This document shows, in pieces, positions 1 through 11,962 of a DNA stretch of 21,417 nucleotides (position 1 is the first letter of the stretch; each line of letters opens with the position of its first letter). The position numbers and the translations under genes are program-made. The stretch is from Octopus sinensis (lineage: Eukaryota): positions 1 through 21,417 of the forward strand of contig NW_021823818.1 in the NCBI RefSeq assembly GCF_006345805.1. Direction: 5' to 3'. A model generated the notes under the pieces. The model was not told where the DNA came from and did not search any database. It saw only the letters and a list, made by a program, of their open reading frames with translations.

Positions 1-9
1 CACGCACAA

Positions 10-109
10 TACGACGGTCTCCTTTCAGTTTCTGCCTACCAAATCGCTTTGGTCTACCCGTGGCTCTAGTAGAAGATACTTACCCAAGGTGCCATGCAGT
101 GGGACTGAA
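10..109 (-). mobile_element. SINE fragment, same family as 2762-3168
   Basis: Reverse complement aligns with ~2814-2918 (ttcagtcccactgc, cttctacta, gaccaaagc, tttggtag, aaactgaaa, ccgtcgta). Confidence 0.8.
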
Positions 110-121
110 ATCAGATCCATA

Positions 122-153
<32 letters not shown>

Positions 154-156
<3 letters not shown>

Positions 157-380
157 CGTAGGCTTTTCTTTCCAAGGATAAACCCAATCTGTTTTCCCTT
201 TTTACATCGATATGTCTGCGATACCCGATACCTATTGATCGGCATTTTTTTCCTCGATCCATTTTGATCGAAATTCGACCCACTTTTTCTTCTCTTCTCT
301 TCTTCTTCTCAAAAAGAAAAGCTCTACTTTGTATGTTGTCCCCTCTGTGTTCAGCCCTGTGTGACCAATAAAGAATCATA
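154..380 (+). mobile_element. Isolated 3'UTR of an L1/Tx1-clade LINE (diverged relative of the 7.2-15.7 kb copies), flanked by (TA)n
   Basis: Colinear shared blocks with 7487-7785: ttccgtaggcttttctttcca, cctattgatc, tttgatcgaaa, aaaagaaaagctctac, cagccctgtgtg, aataaagaa. (TA)n upstream at ~125-153 and tatatatgtata downstream. Confidence 0.8.
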
Positions 381-715
381 TATATGTATATTAGTAGCAC
401 AAATATCCATAGCCACAAAGCTAAGGCGAAAGTTCACACTTCCTGATTTTCTTAAGCGATTTAGCAGGAGGGATCGAAATAGAGCGAGGTATCATGCAAA
501 AATACAGTTTATGACCCCTATTTTCCCGTTTTAAGCGTGATTTCTTTTGTATTGATTGTTATGAGAAACTCTTATCGATTATGACTGCGAAAAACAGTTC
601 AAATTAAGCAATAAGCTATTCAAGGATGATCTCAGATGAATAGATAGAGCAAATATCAAATAAATGAGTTATTGAGACACTATTCATAGATTCAGTTCAT
701 ATTTATGTATGTGGT

Positions 716-959
716 TGGATTTCGGGATATAAAATAGTGTCATCTCTTGATATTACGAAGAAGAAACGGTTTGACTGGGAAAAATACTCCAAACTCAGCC
801 ACCGCATTTTTATGGATGATCATAAGATGTTTTGATGGAGAAGATATCAAATCGATAGATGCATCAGTAAATCGCTGTTTATATATTCATCGTAGATATA
901 CAGGTGGATTTCGGTATATAAAAAATGGTTTGATGTCTTGATATTACTAAGAGGAAACG
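716..959. repeat. Degenerate direct repeat (716-768 vs 905-959)
   Basis: tggatttcgg.atataaaa...tcttgatattac.aaga.gaaacg occurs twice ~190 bp apart. Confidence 0.6.
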
Positions 960-977
960 TGTATCATTTTAGCGAAT

Positions 978-1215
978 AATGTTGCCAGATGGGCAGGTGA
1001 TGAAAGACAGGGAACTACAAAAACAGAAAGAAGAGGAGAGAGAGAGAGAGAGAGAGAGGAGAAAGAAAGAAAGAAAGAATGAGGAGAGAGAGAAAGGGCT
1101 AAATGAAAGAGAAACATTTTTGTCATTTTATGGTTTAATGTTACCAGGTGAGCAAGTGATGAAAGACAGGGTACTGCAAAAACAAAGTAAAAGAGAAAGA
1201 AAGAAAGAAAGAGAG

Positions 1216-1262
<47 letters not shown>

Positions 1263-1330
1263 GCTAAATGAAAAAGATAATTTTGTCATTTTATGGAATA
1301 CTGTTACAGGTGAGCAGGTGATAAAAGATA
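978..1330. repeat. ~160-175 bp tandem repeat with an embedded (GA)n, a little over 2 copies
   Basis: Repeated blocks gtgatgaaagacaggg...aaaaca...(GA)n...gggctaaatgaaa...ttttgtcattttatgg, then a third partial unit caggtgagcaggtgataaaaga. Confidence 0.75.
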
Positions 1331-1582
1331 TCATAGTGAATACATATATTTGGAGTACATTGAGACAAGATAAAAGAAAACCAAATGAGAAGATCGTTTG
1401 GGAAAGATTTAGAAGGTTCAAGTTAGGGTTTAAAAGCGAATTGAAAGGAAAAAGAAAACAAGTTTATTGCAGTAAACACATGGGCTGTTTCGATAATGAG
1501 GAACAGAGCTGGGATTATTAAATAGAATAAAGGAGAGATTAAAAAGATCGATGTTAAAAAATGCAATACAGTGATCAAGAAT

Positions 1583-2425
1583 GATCCATCCATCAATAAA
1601 TCCATCCATCCATCCATCGATCCAGCTATCCATCGATCCAGCCATCCGTCCGTCCGTCCGTCCGTCCATCCATCCATCCAAAATTCCATCCATCCAGCTA
1701 TCCTCCATCCATCCATCCATCCATCCATCCATCCATCTATCCATCTACCCAGCCAACCAGCCAACCATCCATCCTTCCATCCATCCATCCATCCATCCAT
1801 CTATCCATCCATCCATCCATCCATCCATCCATTCATCCAGCCAGCCAGCCAGCCAACCATCCATCCATCCATCCATCCATCCATCCATCCAGCCAGCCAT
1901 CCAGCCAGCCAGCCAACCATCCATCCATCCATCCGTCTATCCATCCATCCATCCATCCATCCATCTAGCCAACCATCCAGCCATCCAGCCATCCAGCCAG
2001 CCAGCCATCCATCCAGCCAGCCAACCATCCATCCATCCATCCATCCATCCATCCATCCATCCATCCATCCATCCATCCATCCATCATCCAGCCAGCCAGC
2101 CAGCCAACCATCCATCCATCCATCCATCCATCCATCCATCCAGCCAGCCATCCAGCAGCCAGCCAACCATCCATCCATCCATCCGTCTATCCATCCATCC
2201 ATCCATCCATCTAGCCAACCATCCAGCCATCCAGCCATCCAGCCAGCCAGCCATCCATCCAGCCAGCCAACCATCCATCCATCCATCCATCCTCCATCCA
2301 TCCATCCATCCATCCATCCATCCATCCATCCATCCAGCCAGCCAGCCAGCCGACCATCCATCCTTCCATCATCCATCCATCCATCCATCCATCCATCCTT
2401 CCATCTATCCAGTCAGCCAGCCAGC
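1583..2425. repeat. (CCAT)n/(CCAG)n compound microsatellite
   Basis: Direct reading; explains the HPSI/MDGW ORFs. Confidence 0.97.
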
Positions 2426-2761
2426 TACAAGTTGAGAATGTTAGAATTTATTTTCACAGAACAAAAGGTTTCGGGTTCGATAAGCTGCGAAAACTTAATG
2501 AAAATGGCGGTAAAAAACGTTGGGTATTACGTAAAGAACGGTGTTAAAGACTGGCTGATGAAAGCAAAACAGCTTGATGATTTAAAATTAGAAAGTTGCC
2601 CCGGGGAAAAAAGAAACACCGATTATAAGAAACACTGTAAATAATTGCTCACAATACACAGGGATCGATATTGGAAATACAATAGTCATAGAAAATTTTA
2701 TTTACATTTTTCTCGTTGCTTTCACCGTTGTATTCAAAAGCTAAACAATTTTGCTGTTATA

Positions 2762-3162
2762 CGCAGGAGTGGCTGTGTGGTAAGTAGGTTGCTTACCAAC
2801 CACATGGTTCCGGGTTCAGTCCCACTGCTGGTACCAAGTGTCTTCTACTATAACCTCGGGCCGACCAAAGCCTTGTGAGTGAATTTGGTAGACGGAAACT
2901 GAAAAAAAGCCCGTCGTATATATGTATATGTATATGTATATATATATGTGTGTGTGTGTGTTTGTGTGTCTGTGTTTGTCCCCCCAACATCGTTTGACAA
3001 CCGATGCTGATGTGTTTACATCCCTGTAACTTAGCGGTTCAGCAAAAGGGACCGATAGAATAAGTACTAGGCTTACAAAGAATGAGTCCTGGGGTCGATT
3101 TGCTCGACTAAAGGCGGTGCTCCAGCATGGCCGCAGTCAAATGACTGAAACAACTAAAAGAA

Positions 3163-3168
<6 letters not shown>
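2762..3168 (+). mobile_element. tRNA-derived SINE (octopus-type) with internal (TA)/(TG) tract, followed by (GA)n
   Basis: Pol III A box tggctgtgtgg (~2770) and B box gggttcagtcc (~2811); tail ctccagcatggccgcagtcaaatgactgaaac; pieces recur at 10-109, 18510-18572 and 18953-18991. Confidence 0.85.
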
Positions 3169-3203
<35 letters not shown>

Positions 3204-3387
3204 ACTTGTACGATTTAAGAATATAACTTGGATGGATGAATGTCGAAGAACTACTTTAGTGTAATTGTATCAGGATTGTCTGGAGTACGATTGATACATG
3301 GTTCGAATCCTGCAGATAGATTTTTTTCTTTTTGGCCAAGGGATTTTTAAGCCTCAGTATAATATGCTATTTTTTATAGTTGGTTAA

Positions 3388-3435
3388 GGCGCCGAGCCTG
3401 TAAAATCGTTACTGTGCCGGAAAAAATGTTTAGCT
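3388..3435 (+). mobile_element. Possible degenerate SINE 5' head
   Basis: ggcgccgagcctgtaaaatcgttactgtgccggaaaaaatgtttagc resembles a recalled octopus SINE head; short and diverged. Confidence 0.4.
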
Positions 3436-3459
3436 GTCTCCATAAAACATATAACTGTA

Positions 3460-3750
3460 GAGGCTCAATGGCCCAGTGATTAGGGCAGCGGACTCGCGGT
3501 TTCAATTCCCAGACCGGGCGTTGTGTCTGTTTATTGAGCGAAAACACCTAAAAGCTCCACGAGGCTCCGGTAGAGGGTGGTGGCGACCTCTGTTGTACTC
3601 TTTCGCCCCAACTTTCTCTCACTCTCTCTTCCTGTTTCTTGAGTAACGCTGCGATGGACTGACGCCCCGTCCAGCTGGGGGGAACACATACGCCACAGAA
3701 ACCGGGAAACCGGGCGAATGAGCCTGGATAAGCTTGAAAAGGGCGACGTT
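3460..3750 (+). mobile_element. tRNA-derived SINE, second family (V-domain-like block)
   Basis: A box tggcccagtgattagg, B-box-like ggtttcaattccc, and ctgcgatggactgacgccccgtccag block typical of metazoan SINE bodies. Confidence 0.7.
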
Positions 3751-4309
3751 TTTATAAAACATATACCTACTGAATACTTCATCTTATCAAAAAAAAAAAA
3801 AAAAAAAAAATTACAGCCCCTTCCTGTGTTTAACTCCAGAACCGTGGACCATATTTTCCACGACTTTGATTAAAATCTCTGGAACTTTAGCAAGTCAAAA
3901 AGCATCTAAAGTTGCTATTGATTGTCCCTATGCCATCGCACCTCTGACGTTACAGTTTTGTTGATTAGAAGCTGTTCGACACATCCCTAAACCTCTTTCT
4001 TCTCAGCCGAGTATTCATTATCATGATGTTCTCACAATCGCAGTCATCTTCGAGTAATAGCTTCAGACACGTTCAATACATTTTACGCATTAAATTCAGG
4101 CATGTTATTGGCCTGCTGTTCATTGTCATGTGATTGGTATTTATCTCTAGTATCACATCTGTGCGTGTATATCCGTGCATGTATGAGCGTGTCTTTGCGT
4201 TTGGCTGTACAAGCGTAGGGCTTTCAACGCATGTGTCTATCCGTGTGTGACTGCGCGCGCCCGTCAAGCCGTTCACCTACTCATCCATTGGTCACCGTTT
4301 CACCTCTTT

Positions 4310-4848
4310 GGTTCGTATGTGTGTGTACATATATGCATTACAGTGTTACCTCGTATGCGTGTGTGCGTTTACATTCGTCCGTGAGCTAATGTCTGCATTC
4401 TTGTTTATATGTGTGAATACACGCGTTTGTGTGTGTGTGTTTGTGCGTGTGTGTGTATGAGTGTGTGTGGTGTGTGTGTGTGTATCTGTGAGTGTGTGCG
4501 TATACGATCAAGAGTGTGCCTCCGAGTGCGTACTCGTTTATGCGTGTATGTATGTGTGTATGTATGTGTGTATGTATGTGTGTGTGTATGCGTTGTGTGC
4601 GTGTGCATGCGAGCGCCAGCGTGTATGCAAATGTCTGTGTGCCAGTGTGTTCATTCTGGTTTATGTGAGTGTGATTATCTACGTACAAACACAACCTTTT
4701 CCCCCCCTTTTCTGTAATACCACCGATAATCATCCAATCACGGGACAAAAAGCCAGCGGCCAAGCAGTTTCCGAATCTTAAAATATAAACATATAAACTA
4801 CACATACGGGCGCACACGCACGCACACATACACACATATAGGCGTGCG

Positions 4849-4926
<78 letters not shown>

Positions 4927-4955
4927 TCTGCGTATATATATATGTGTGTGTGTGT
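4310..4955. repeat. Degenerate (TG)n/(TA)n low-complexity tracts
   Basis: Direct reading. Confidence 0.85.
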
Positions 4956-4956
4956 G

Positions 4957-5651
4957 TATATACTCTATACTTAATATATAAACTACATACTATATGGACT
5001 TGCGTGTGTATGTATATATATGTCTGCGTATATATATATGTGTGTGTGTATATATACTCTATACTTAATATATAAACTACATGCTGTATGGACATGCGTG
5101 TGTATGTATATATATGTATATATATATATATATAACGGGAATCTTAATGAAAATAAACAAAAGACGAAGGCAGGTGGAACAAACGAACAATTGTATTAGT
5201 ATGGCGCTCAGGAATATAAATAAAACAAGTCTTTAACTTTCGAGCCTACCTCTTCAACAGAAGATACACAGAGAGAAAAACACAGAAAAGGAGAGAAAAA
5301 AATGCGTGCAGTAGCTAACGAATCACATGGCGATCTGATTTCGGCCAGAGGTCAATTTCAAACATGAGACGCGAGAGCGAATAAGGGAGAATTATATATG
5401 TGTGTGTGTGTATATATATACTCTATACTTAATATATAACCTACATACTGTATGGACACGCGTGTGTATGTATATATATATATGTATATATATGTGTGTG
5501 TGTGTGTATATACTCTATACTTAATAAATAAACTACATACTGTATGGACATGCGTGTGTATGTATATATATGTGTATATATATGTGTGCGCATATATATA
5601 TGTGTGTATATATACTCTATACTTAATATATAAGCCACATACTATATGGAT
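4957..5651. repeat. ~90-100 bp minisatellite, 5 copies, interrupted at 5133-5393
   Basis: Unit core tatactctatacttaata.ataa..acatac/g..tatgga at ~4959, 5053, 5417, 5509, 5610. Confidence 0.85.
5133..5393 (-). mobile_element. Probable Penelope-like pseudo-LTR fragment in a (TA)n tract
   Basis: Unique sequence interrupting the minisatellite at (TA)n; minus strand 5257-5230 reads ttgaaga-ggtaggctc-gaaa-gtta-aaga, a degenerate minimal hammerhead-like core. Confidence 0.5.
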
Positions 5652-5711
5652 TTATGGTTAGCATGCAAACTATCCTGAACCTGTCTGCACCTATTATTCT
5701 TGAATGGCTAT

Positions 5712-5900
5712 GATTGTAATAATATTATTGTTTTCGAACAGGCAGCTGAGAAGCAGGAAATTTGGCTTTTGAGTTAGCAACATATCATCAAGAAAACTGT
5801 GATGTCAGAGGCTTGGTGCCATAGGAATAACTTGGTTACATTCTGGCTTGATTACAAGAAAGCTTTCGACTCTCTTCTTCATTCGTGGATGCTTGGAGGC
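5712..5900 (+). pseudogene. Non-LTR reverse transcriptase fragment (R4/Dong-like)
   Basis: Manual translation from 5736: EQAAEKQEIWLLS*QHIIKKTVMSEAWCHRNNLVTFWLDYKKAFDSLLHSWML; contains the RT DxxKAFD motif and one in-frame stop. Confidence 0.75.
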
Positions 5901-6009
5901 CCTTTGACAATTCCATGAAAGATGCTGCAAGGAAAATATCAGAAGGAAATTCGATTATTATCAGGGGAACCTGATAGCAGAATCTCAAACAAAACAAAAT
6001 TAAGGCTAA

Positions 6010-6018
6010 CTAGATGGG

Positions 6019-6060
<42 letters not shown>

Positions 6061-6120
6061 TTTAGATAAATAAATAGAGATAGGGGAGAGAGAAAGATAA
6101 TAATAATGATGATAATAATA

Positions 6121-6203
<83 letters not shown>

Positions 6204-6258
6204 TAGATAGCTAGATAAATAGATAGATAGATGGACAGAGAGATAGATAGAGGTAGGA

Positions 6259-6294
<36 letters not shown>

Positions 6295-6565
6295 TGAAAG
6301 AGAGAAAAGAAAAAGAAGGGGAAGTAGAAAACGATGTAAAATGATACTACTACTACTACTACTAACAATAATAATAATAATGATTTTAATATAGATAGCT
6401 AGATAAATAGATAAATAGATGGACACAGAGATAGATAGATAGATGCAGGAAGGGAGAGAGAGAGAGAGAGAGAGAGAGTGAAAGTGAGAAAAGAAAAAGA
6501 AGAGGAAGTAGAGAACGAAGTAAAATAATAATAATAATAACAACAACAACAGCAACAATAACAAC

Positions 6566-6649
<84 letters not shown>

Positions 6650-6693
6650 CAGAAGAAGAAGAAGAAGAAGAAGAAGAAGAAGAAGAAGAAGAA
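6010..6693. repeat. Compound (GATA)n/(TAA)n/(GA)n/(GAA)n array with an internal ~190 bp duplication
   Basis: 6203-6341 and 6392-6526 share gatagctagataaatag...gatggaca...(GA)n gtgaaag.gagaaaagaaaaagaag.ggaagtaga.aacga.gtaaaat. Confidence 0.9.
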
Positions 6694-7138
6694 AAGAATG
6701 CGGGAGTGGTATGATAGTAGTAGGATGTTAAATGGTCAAGTGACCTGAAAGTGACCTGAAAGTAACGTTGAAATAAGGAATGGTTAACTAGGGTATATAT
6801 GAGCTGAGAGGTCAACAGTAAGATCAGAATAAATTGGTCGGGTATTGAGTGATGAAGTATATTAGGATTTGTTGTTTATAGTTTATGGCGAATATGTTTA
6901 GCAATATCGGAATATTATAGGTGGAAACGTGTGTAGATAAACAACGACATACATATACACACGTAGAGAGAAAAAAACGCATTCAGAAGCATACACGCAT
7001 GCGCACAGACACGCACATGGGCACATATATTCAAATACAATATTCCACGCTAATCTGCGCACAAATATGTATGTAATAATAATTACCTTCACGGGTGTAT
7101 ATTTCAGTGTGTGTAAATACATATGGATACATGTATGG

Positions 7139-7235
<97 letters not shown>

Positions 7236-7246
7236 CCTATCTATCT
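7139..7246. repeat. (TATC)n upstream of LINE copy A
   Basis: Direct reading. Confidence 0.97.
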
Positions 7247-7785
7247 CATCAACTTCTTCAAGTACCACTTGAAAAGGAAAGTGAGAGTAGAGAGGCAAGT
7301 TTTGTGTAGCGAATGTTTTAAAAAAAGATGGGTGAATGTAGCAAGAATGGCACGTATGAATGACGAAGCCACCTTGAGCATGATCCTATGAACCCAGAAA
7401 TTGAAAACAGAGAGTTGCTTATTTGCAAAAAAAAAAAAAAAAGAAATGTAACATGTGACTCCATTGACCGAGGTTACCGTGGTCTTTTCCGTAGGCTTTT
7501 CTTTCCACGGGTAAACCTCACCTGTCCTCCCCTTTACACTTCATATTGACATTTCTGTGATAACGATCCCTATTGATCAAATTTTTTTTTTTTTTTTTCC
7601 TCTCCTCCTTTTTTTAACAGCCCTTTTTTTTGTCCTCTTTCTCTCCTTTTACGATCCCTTTTGATCGAAACCCCCCTTCCTTTTTTCTTTTCTTTTTTTT
7701 TATTTTTTAAACCTTCAAAAGAAAAGCTCTACCTTGTAATTTGTTCTATCTGTGTGCAGCCCTGTGTGGCTAATAAAGAAACATA
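7247..7785 (+). mobile_element. L1/Tx1-clade LINE copy A, 5'-truncated (ORF2 C-terminus + 3'UTR)
   Basis: INFFKYHLKRKVRVERQVLCSECFKKRWVNVARM; near-identical to 9028-9565; ends aataaagaaacata running into (TCTA)n. Confidence 0.92.
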
Positions 7786-7799
7786 TCTATCTATCTATC

Positions 7800-7881
<82 letters not shown>

Positions 7882-7906
7882 CCTATCTATTTATCTATCT
7901 ATCTAC

Positions 7907-7980
<74 letters not shown>

Positions 7981-8001
7981 CTATCTATTTATCTATCTAT
8001 C
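7786..8001. repeat. (TATC)n between LINE copies A and B
   Basis: Direct reading. Confidence 0.97.
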
Positions 8002-9565
8002 GGGGTCTGGTTTGGTCCGGACCTCCAAGTGGAGAAGAACTGGAACGAGATAACGAGTAGGGTGGTCACTCTTGCCCGACAATGGGCCGAGAGGAAACTG
8101 TCCCTAAAAGGTCGGGCGGAGGTGGCGAACACGTACATCGCGTCCGTCATCTACTACCGCCTGACGTCGTACCTTGTCCCACCCTACCATCACCAAACTA
8201 CAACGCATTCTCTTTCGCTTCTGTGGAAAGGATGCGTCCCGATGGTCAGGCGATCCATTTGCTGTCAACACCCGTTAAAAGGAGGGCTGGGCATGCCGTG
8301 GTTGATGATGAGCAGACACGCGCTGAGACTGCGACATCTCTGGCTCTATGTAGACGACGGTGAACAGGTGTGGTCGCCGTTTGTGAGGCACGCATTCCCG
8401 CAGCTCGTCTCCATGACCGAACTGCAGTCGCGGATCAAAAAGAGGCCGAGGAAGGGCGAATGGCACCGCGAGTGTCGCGTTGCTCTCAAGCAACTCTGCC
8501 GTCCTGGGTCGACCTTGAGTGACTTCAACACAACCAAAGCATTCTATAGGGGTTTAGTGGAGGGGAGGTACGACGACGAGCTCGGGGCGAACCTGGACGT
8601 CGACGAGGAGTACCTGACCCGCCTGTTCAGGACGACTTTCGGGCCAGGGCCCATGGACAACTTCCAGAGATCCCTGGCTGGCAGTGCTACCGAGAAGCGC
8701 TACCCGTTCGGGATAAGCTCTACAGACACGGCTCGAGAAACACGAGGCCGACCTGCCCGAGATGCGGTCAGAGCGACGAAACCGTTCTGCACGCACTCGT
8801 GCAGTGTCCAACAATTTCCGACCTGTGGGCTTATGTCGAACAACTGCTGTCACGTGTGGGACGAGTCGGTTTATCAGCTGAGTCTATCGTTAATATTGTC
8901 ACGCCTCTCTCCTTCAAACGGAAGGAAGAGCTATTTTCATCATCCTTGTGGCTATGGCGAAAGAATGTATCTGGTGGACGCGTCTGAAAGGATTGGAGAC
9001 AAACACTTTCCTCTCTGGTCAATCTCTCATCAACTTCTTCAAGTACCACTTGAAAGGAAAGTGAGAGTAGAGAGGCAAGTTTTGTGTAGCGAATCTTTTA
9101 AAAAAAGATGGGTGAATGTAGCAAGAATGCACGTATGAATGACGAAGCCACCTTGAGCATGATCCTATGAACCCAGAAATTGAAACAGAGAGTTGCTTAT
9201 TTGCAAAAAAAAAAAAAAGAAATATAACATGTGACTTCCATTGACCGAGGTTACCGTGGTCTTTTCCGTAGGCTTTTCTTTCCACGGGTCTCACCTGTCC
9301 TCCCCTTTACACTTCATATTGACATTTCTGTGATAACGATCCCTATTGATCAAATTTTTTTTTTTTTTCCTCCTCCTCCTTTTTTTAACAAACCCCTTTT
9401 TTTTTGTCCTCTTTCTCCTCTTTCTCTCCTTTTACGATCCCTTTGATCGAAACCCCCCTTCCTTTTTTTCTTTTCTTTTTTTTTTTTAAACCTTCAAAAG
9501 AAACTCTCTACCTTGTAATTTGTTCTATTGTTGGCAGCAGCCCTGTGTGGCTATAAAGAAACATA
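8000..9565 (+). mobile_element. L1/Tx1-clade LINE copy B, 5'-truncated (end of RT, CCHC region, 3'UTR)
   Basis: WAERKLSLKGRA, HPLKGGLGMP and frameshifted CPRCGQSDETVLHALVQC; colinear with 14233-15702. Confidence 0.93.
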
Positions 9566-9843
<278 letters not shown>

Positions 9844-10164
9844 TGACGGTGTGATGTCGTTTCAGCTCCGAAGGTAATCATTTATTTGACTATTTATAGG
9901 CCAATTTTGTGTAGATTTTTGCAAATAAGGTGTGTAAGGCAACCAACTTTCATTTGAGTGCTTTTCCAAGGGAGGAATTCGCCCCTAGGGGCAGTTTCGA
10001 CCCCATTTCATTTCTGTTATTTTCTTCTCGACATTAGAAAATGTCTAGAAATTTTATTGTTGAACGCTGGTCGCGTTCTTTTATGGAACAACATTTTCCT
10101 AGTCTGGAAACGACAGAGAAAAAAAGAACGTTCGCACGGAAAATGCCAACGTAAATTCGGTGAA

Positions 10165-11893
10165 ATGAACGCTGCAACCACGTGCGTTAACAGCCCTGTC
10201 ACCACCGCCACCACCACCACTAACAACAGCAACCACGAGACAACAACTGCTACCACCACCACCTCACCACCACCACCACCACACCTACACCACCACATAA
10301 ATGATAAAAATAAACCTGAAACGAAAACTATTGACAAAACAACAGCAACAACAAGAACAACAATAAAAATGAACTATCTAATAGTGAAGATGTTAATACA
10401 AAAAAATCAACAACATCAGTAAATTTCGCAGACATTCTTCGCCAGAAAAAGGAGATTGTTACATTCACAAATGAAGAGCTCATAGAAACAAGAGCTCTCT
10501 TTACAACCCGTGGACAAGATTTAGTCCTGCATACACCTCAACATATAAAACAAGAAATAGAAAATAAGACAATTGTATATAAAATTATTAAAAAAAAAAA
10601 AACCAAATGAACAGATTACAAAAACTGATGTGGAGAAATGTTTAAAAAACATAATGAAAGAAAAAGAGTATATAAACTGGGGTCCCCAGTTTAACACAGT
10701 AGTGGTCCGCTTCCCTAACCAGGAAGTGGCAAAAGCTCACTCTACTGAGTCTCTGGGAAATGATGAAATCATCATGGTCCCTTATTATAAAACCAGAGGG
10801 TGAGTAGAATTACTATCAGAAATGTACCCCCCGATATGCCGAACAAATGGATAACAGGGGCAATCTGTTACCACTTAAAAAGATCAATATCTAGAAACAG
10901 CCGTGTACCTAAACGACAATTGGGGTGGAAAAACAGTAGTAGTGACCATCCAGATTGAGGGGGCCTCTATCGAGAGCCTACCCGACAAGATATACTTGAG
11001 AATGGGCAATGCCTATATGTTATGGCAGAAGGCAAAAAGCCTAGATGCTACAAATGTGGCAGCCCCGAACATTTGATTGCCAAGTGCGATCTGGTACAGA
11101 AAAACAAGAAAGAACAATTCAGAAAACAAATAAAATCCCTTTGTTGCCAACACCAACACCACACCAACACACTCAATTATGGAACAACGCCAAGAAAAAC
11201 AACAAACCAGCAAACAAACCCCAACAACATCACCAAGAAAAACAGTACAACACAATCACCGTTGACGTCACAACCAATTAAACTTGTTGAATCTTCAAAA
11301 AATCGACCACACCCCAGGACGACAATTAAAAGACAGAAAACACTGACGAGAAGACAAATGCTACCCCTAACACCACAACAACACAAACACCGCACAAAAC
11401 ATCAACAATTTATACAAGCATACATAGTGATCCTGTTCTTTTTCCTCTACCCCATACTGATACTCGGACGACGAAAGTTCGACGGAATGGCAAATAGCCA
11501 CAGGGGTAAAAGAAAAAGATCCAAAAATCCACCAAACAAGGAATTAAAGCAGGGAGATATCTAACTCAGGACAACATCCCCCTAGACAATCAAAAAAGTA
11601 ATGAACCCGTAAAAACCACACACAACTAACTGCAATAGACACAGACAATAAAGAATTAATGGACTACATCAAATCTAACATGGTCGTCTGTGAAGATGAC
11701 TTTAAGACAAACAATCATCCGCACACCACACCACCGAAACACATCAGAATTTTACACATACACACAAGCCACACCACATACTGAAAACAATATTTCCGAA
11801 TGCGGTAGGCGGGTATCAACGATACCTGTCGAAAAAACTATACAAACACCTCATCAAAAACGATACAAAAGAAGAAGAAAAAATGAAACTTAA
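10165..11893 (+). pseudogene. LINE ORF1 (gag-like nucleic-acid-binding protein), frameshifted
   Basis: ATG 10165; Thr-rich N-terminus; globular middle (WGPQFNTVVVRFPNQEVAK, RITIRNVPPD); zinc knuckle CYKCGSPEHLIAKC at 11046-11087; low-complexity C-terminus. End coordinate approximate. Confidence 0.78.
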
Positions 11894-11962
11894 AATGAGT
11901 AAGTGACCTCACTTCTTGCCTCTTGTCTCTTCTAATATAGTGTGTAAACACAATTTTCGTAA

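Noticed and set aside
979-1521. 180 aa ER-rich ORF
   Set aside because: Produced by (GA)n within a tandem repeat; no domain signature.
1423-2644. Long ORFs (up to 357 aa) of HPSI/MDGW repeats
   Set aside because: Translations of the stop-free (CCAT)n microsatellite; open in many frames.
2762-2830. tRNA gene
   Set aside because: A/B boxes only, no complete cloverleaf, and it continues into a SINE body.
4957-5651. CRISPR-like repeat-spacer array
   Set aside because: Eukaryotic context; the spacers are TA/TG microsatellite variants and there are no cas genes.
7247-9565. LTR pair (7247-7785 vs 9028-9565)
   Set aside because: The direct repeat is ORF2 C-terminus plus 3'UTR of a non-LTR element; no TG..CA ends, PBS or integrase.
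9981-9992. Perfect palindrome gcccctaggggc in the LINE 5'UTR (ribozyme or promoter?)
   Set aside because: Could not build an HDV-like or hammerhead fold around it, and there is only one copy to compare.
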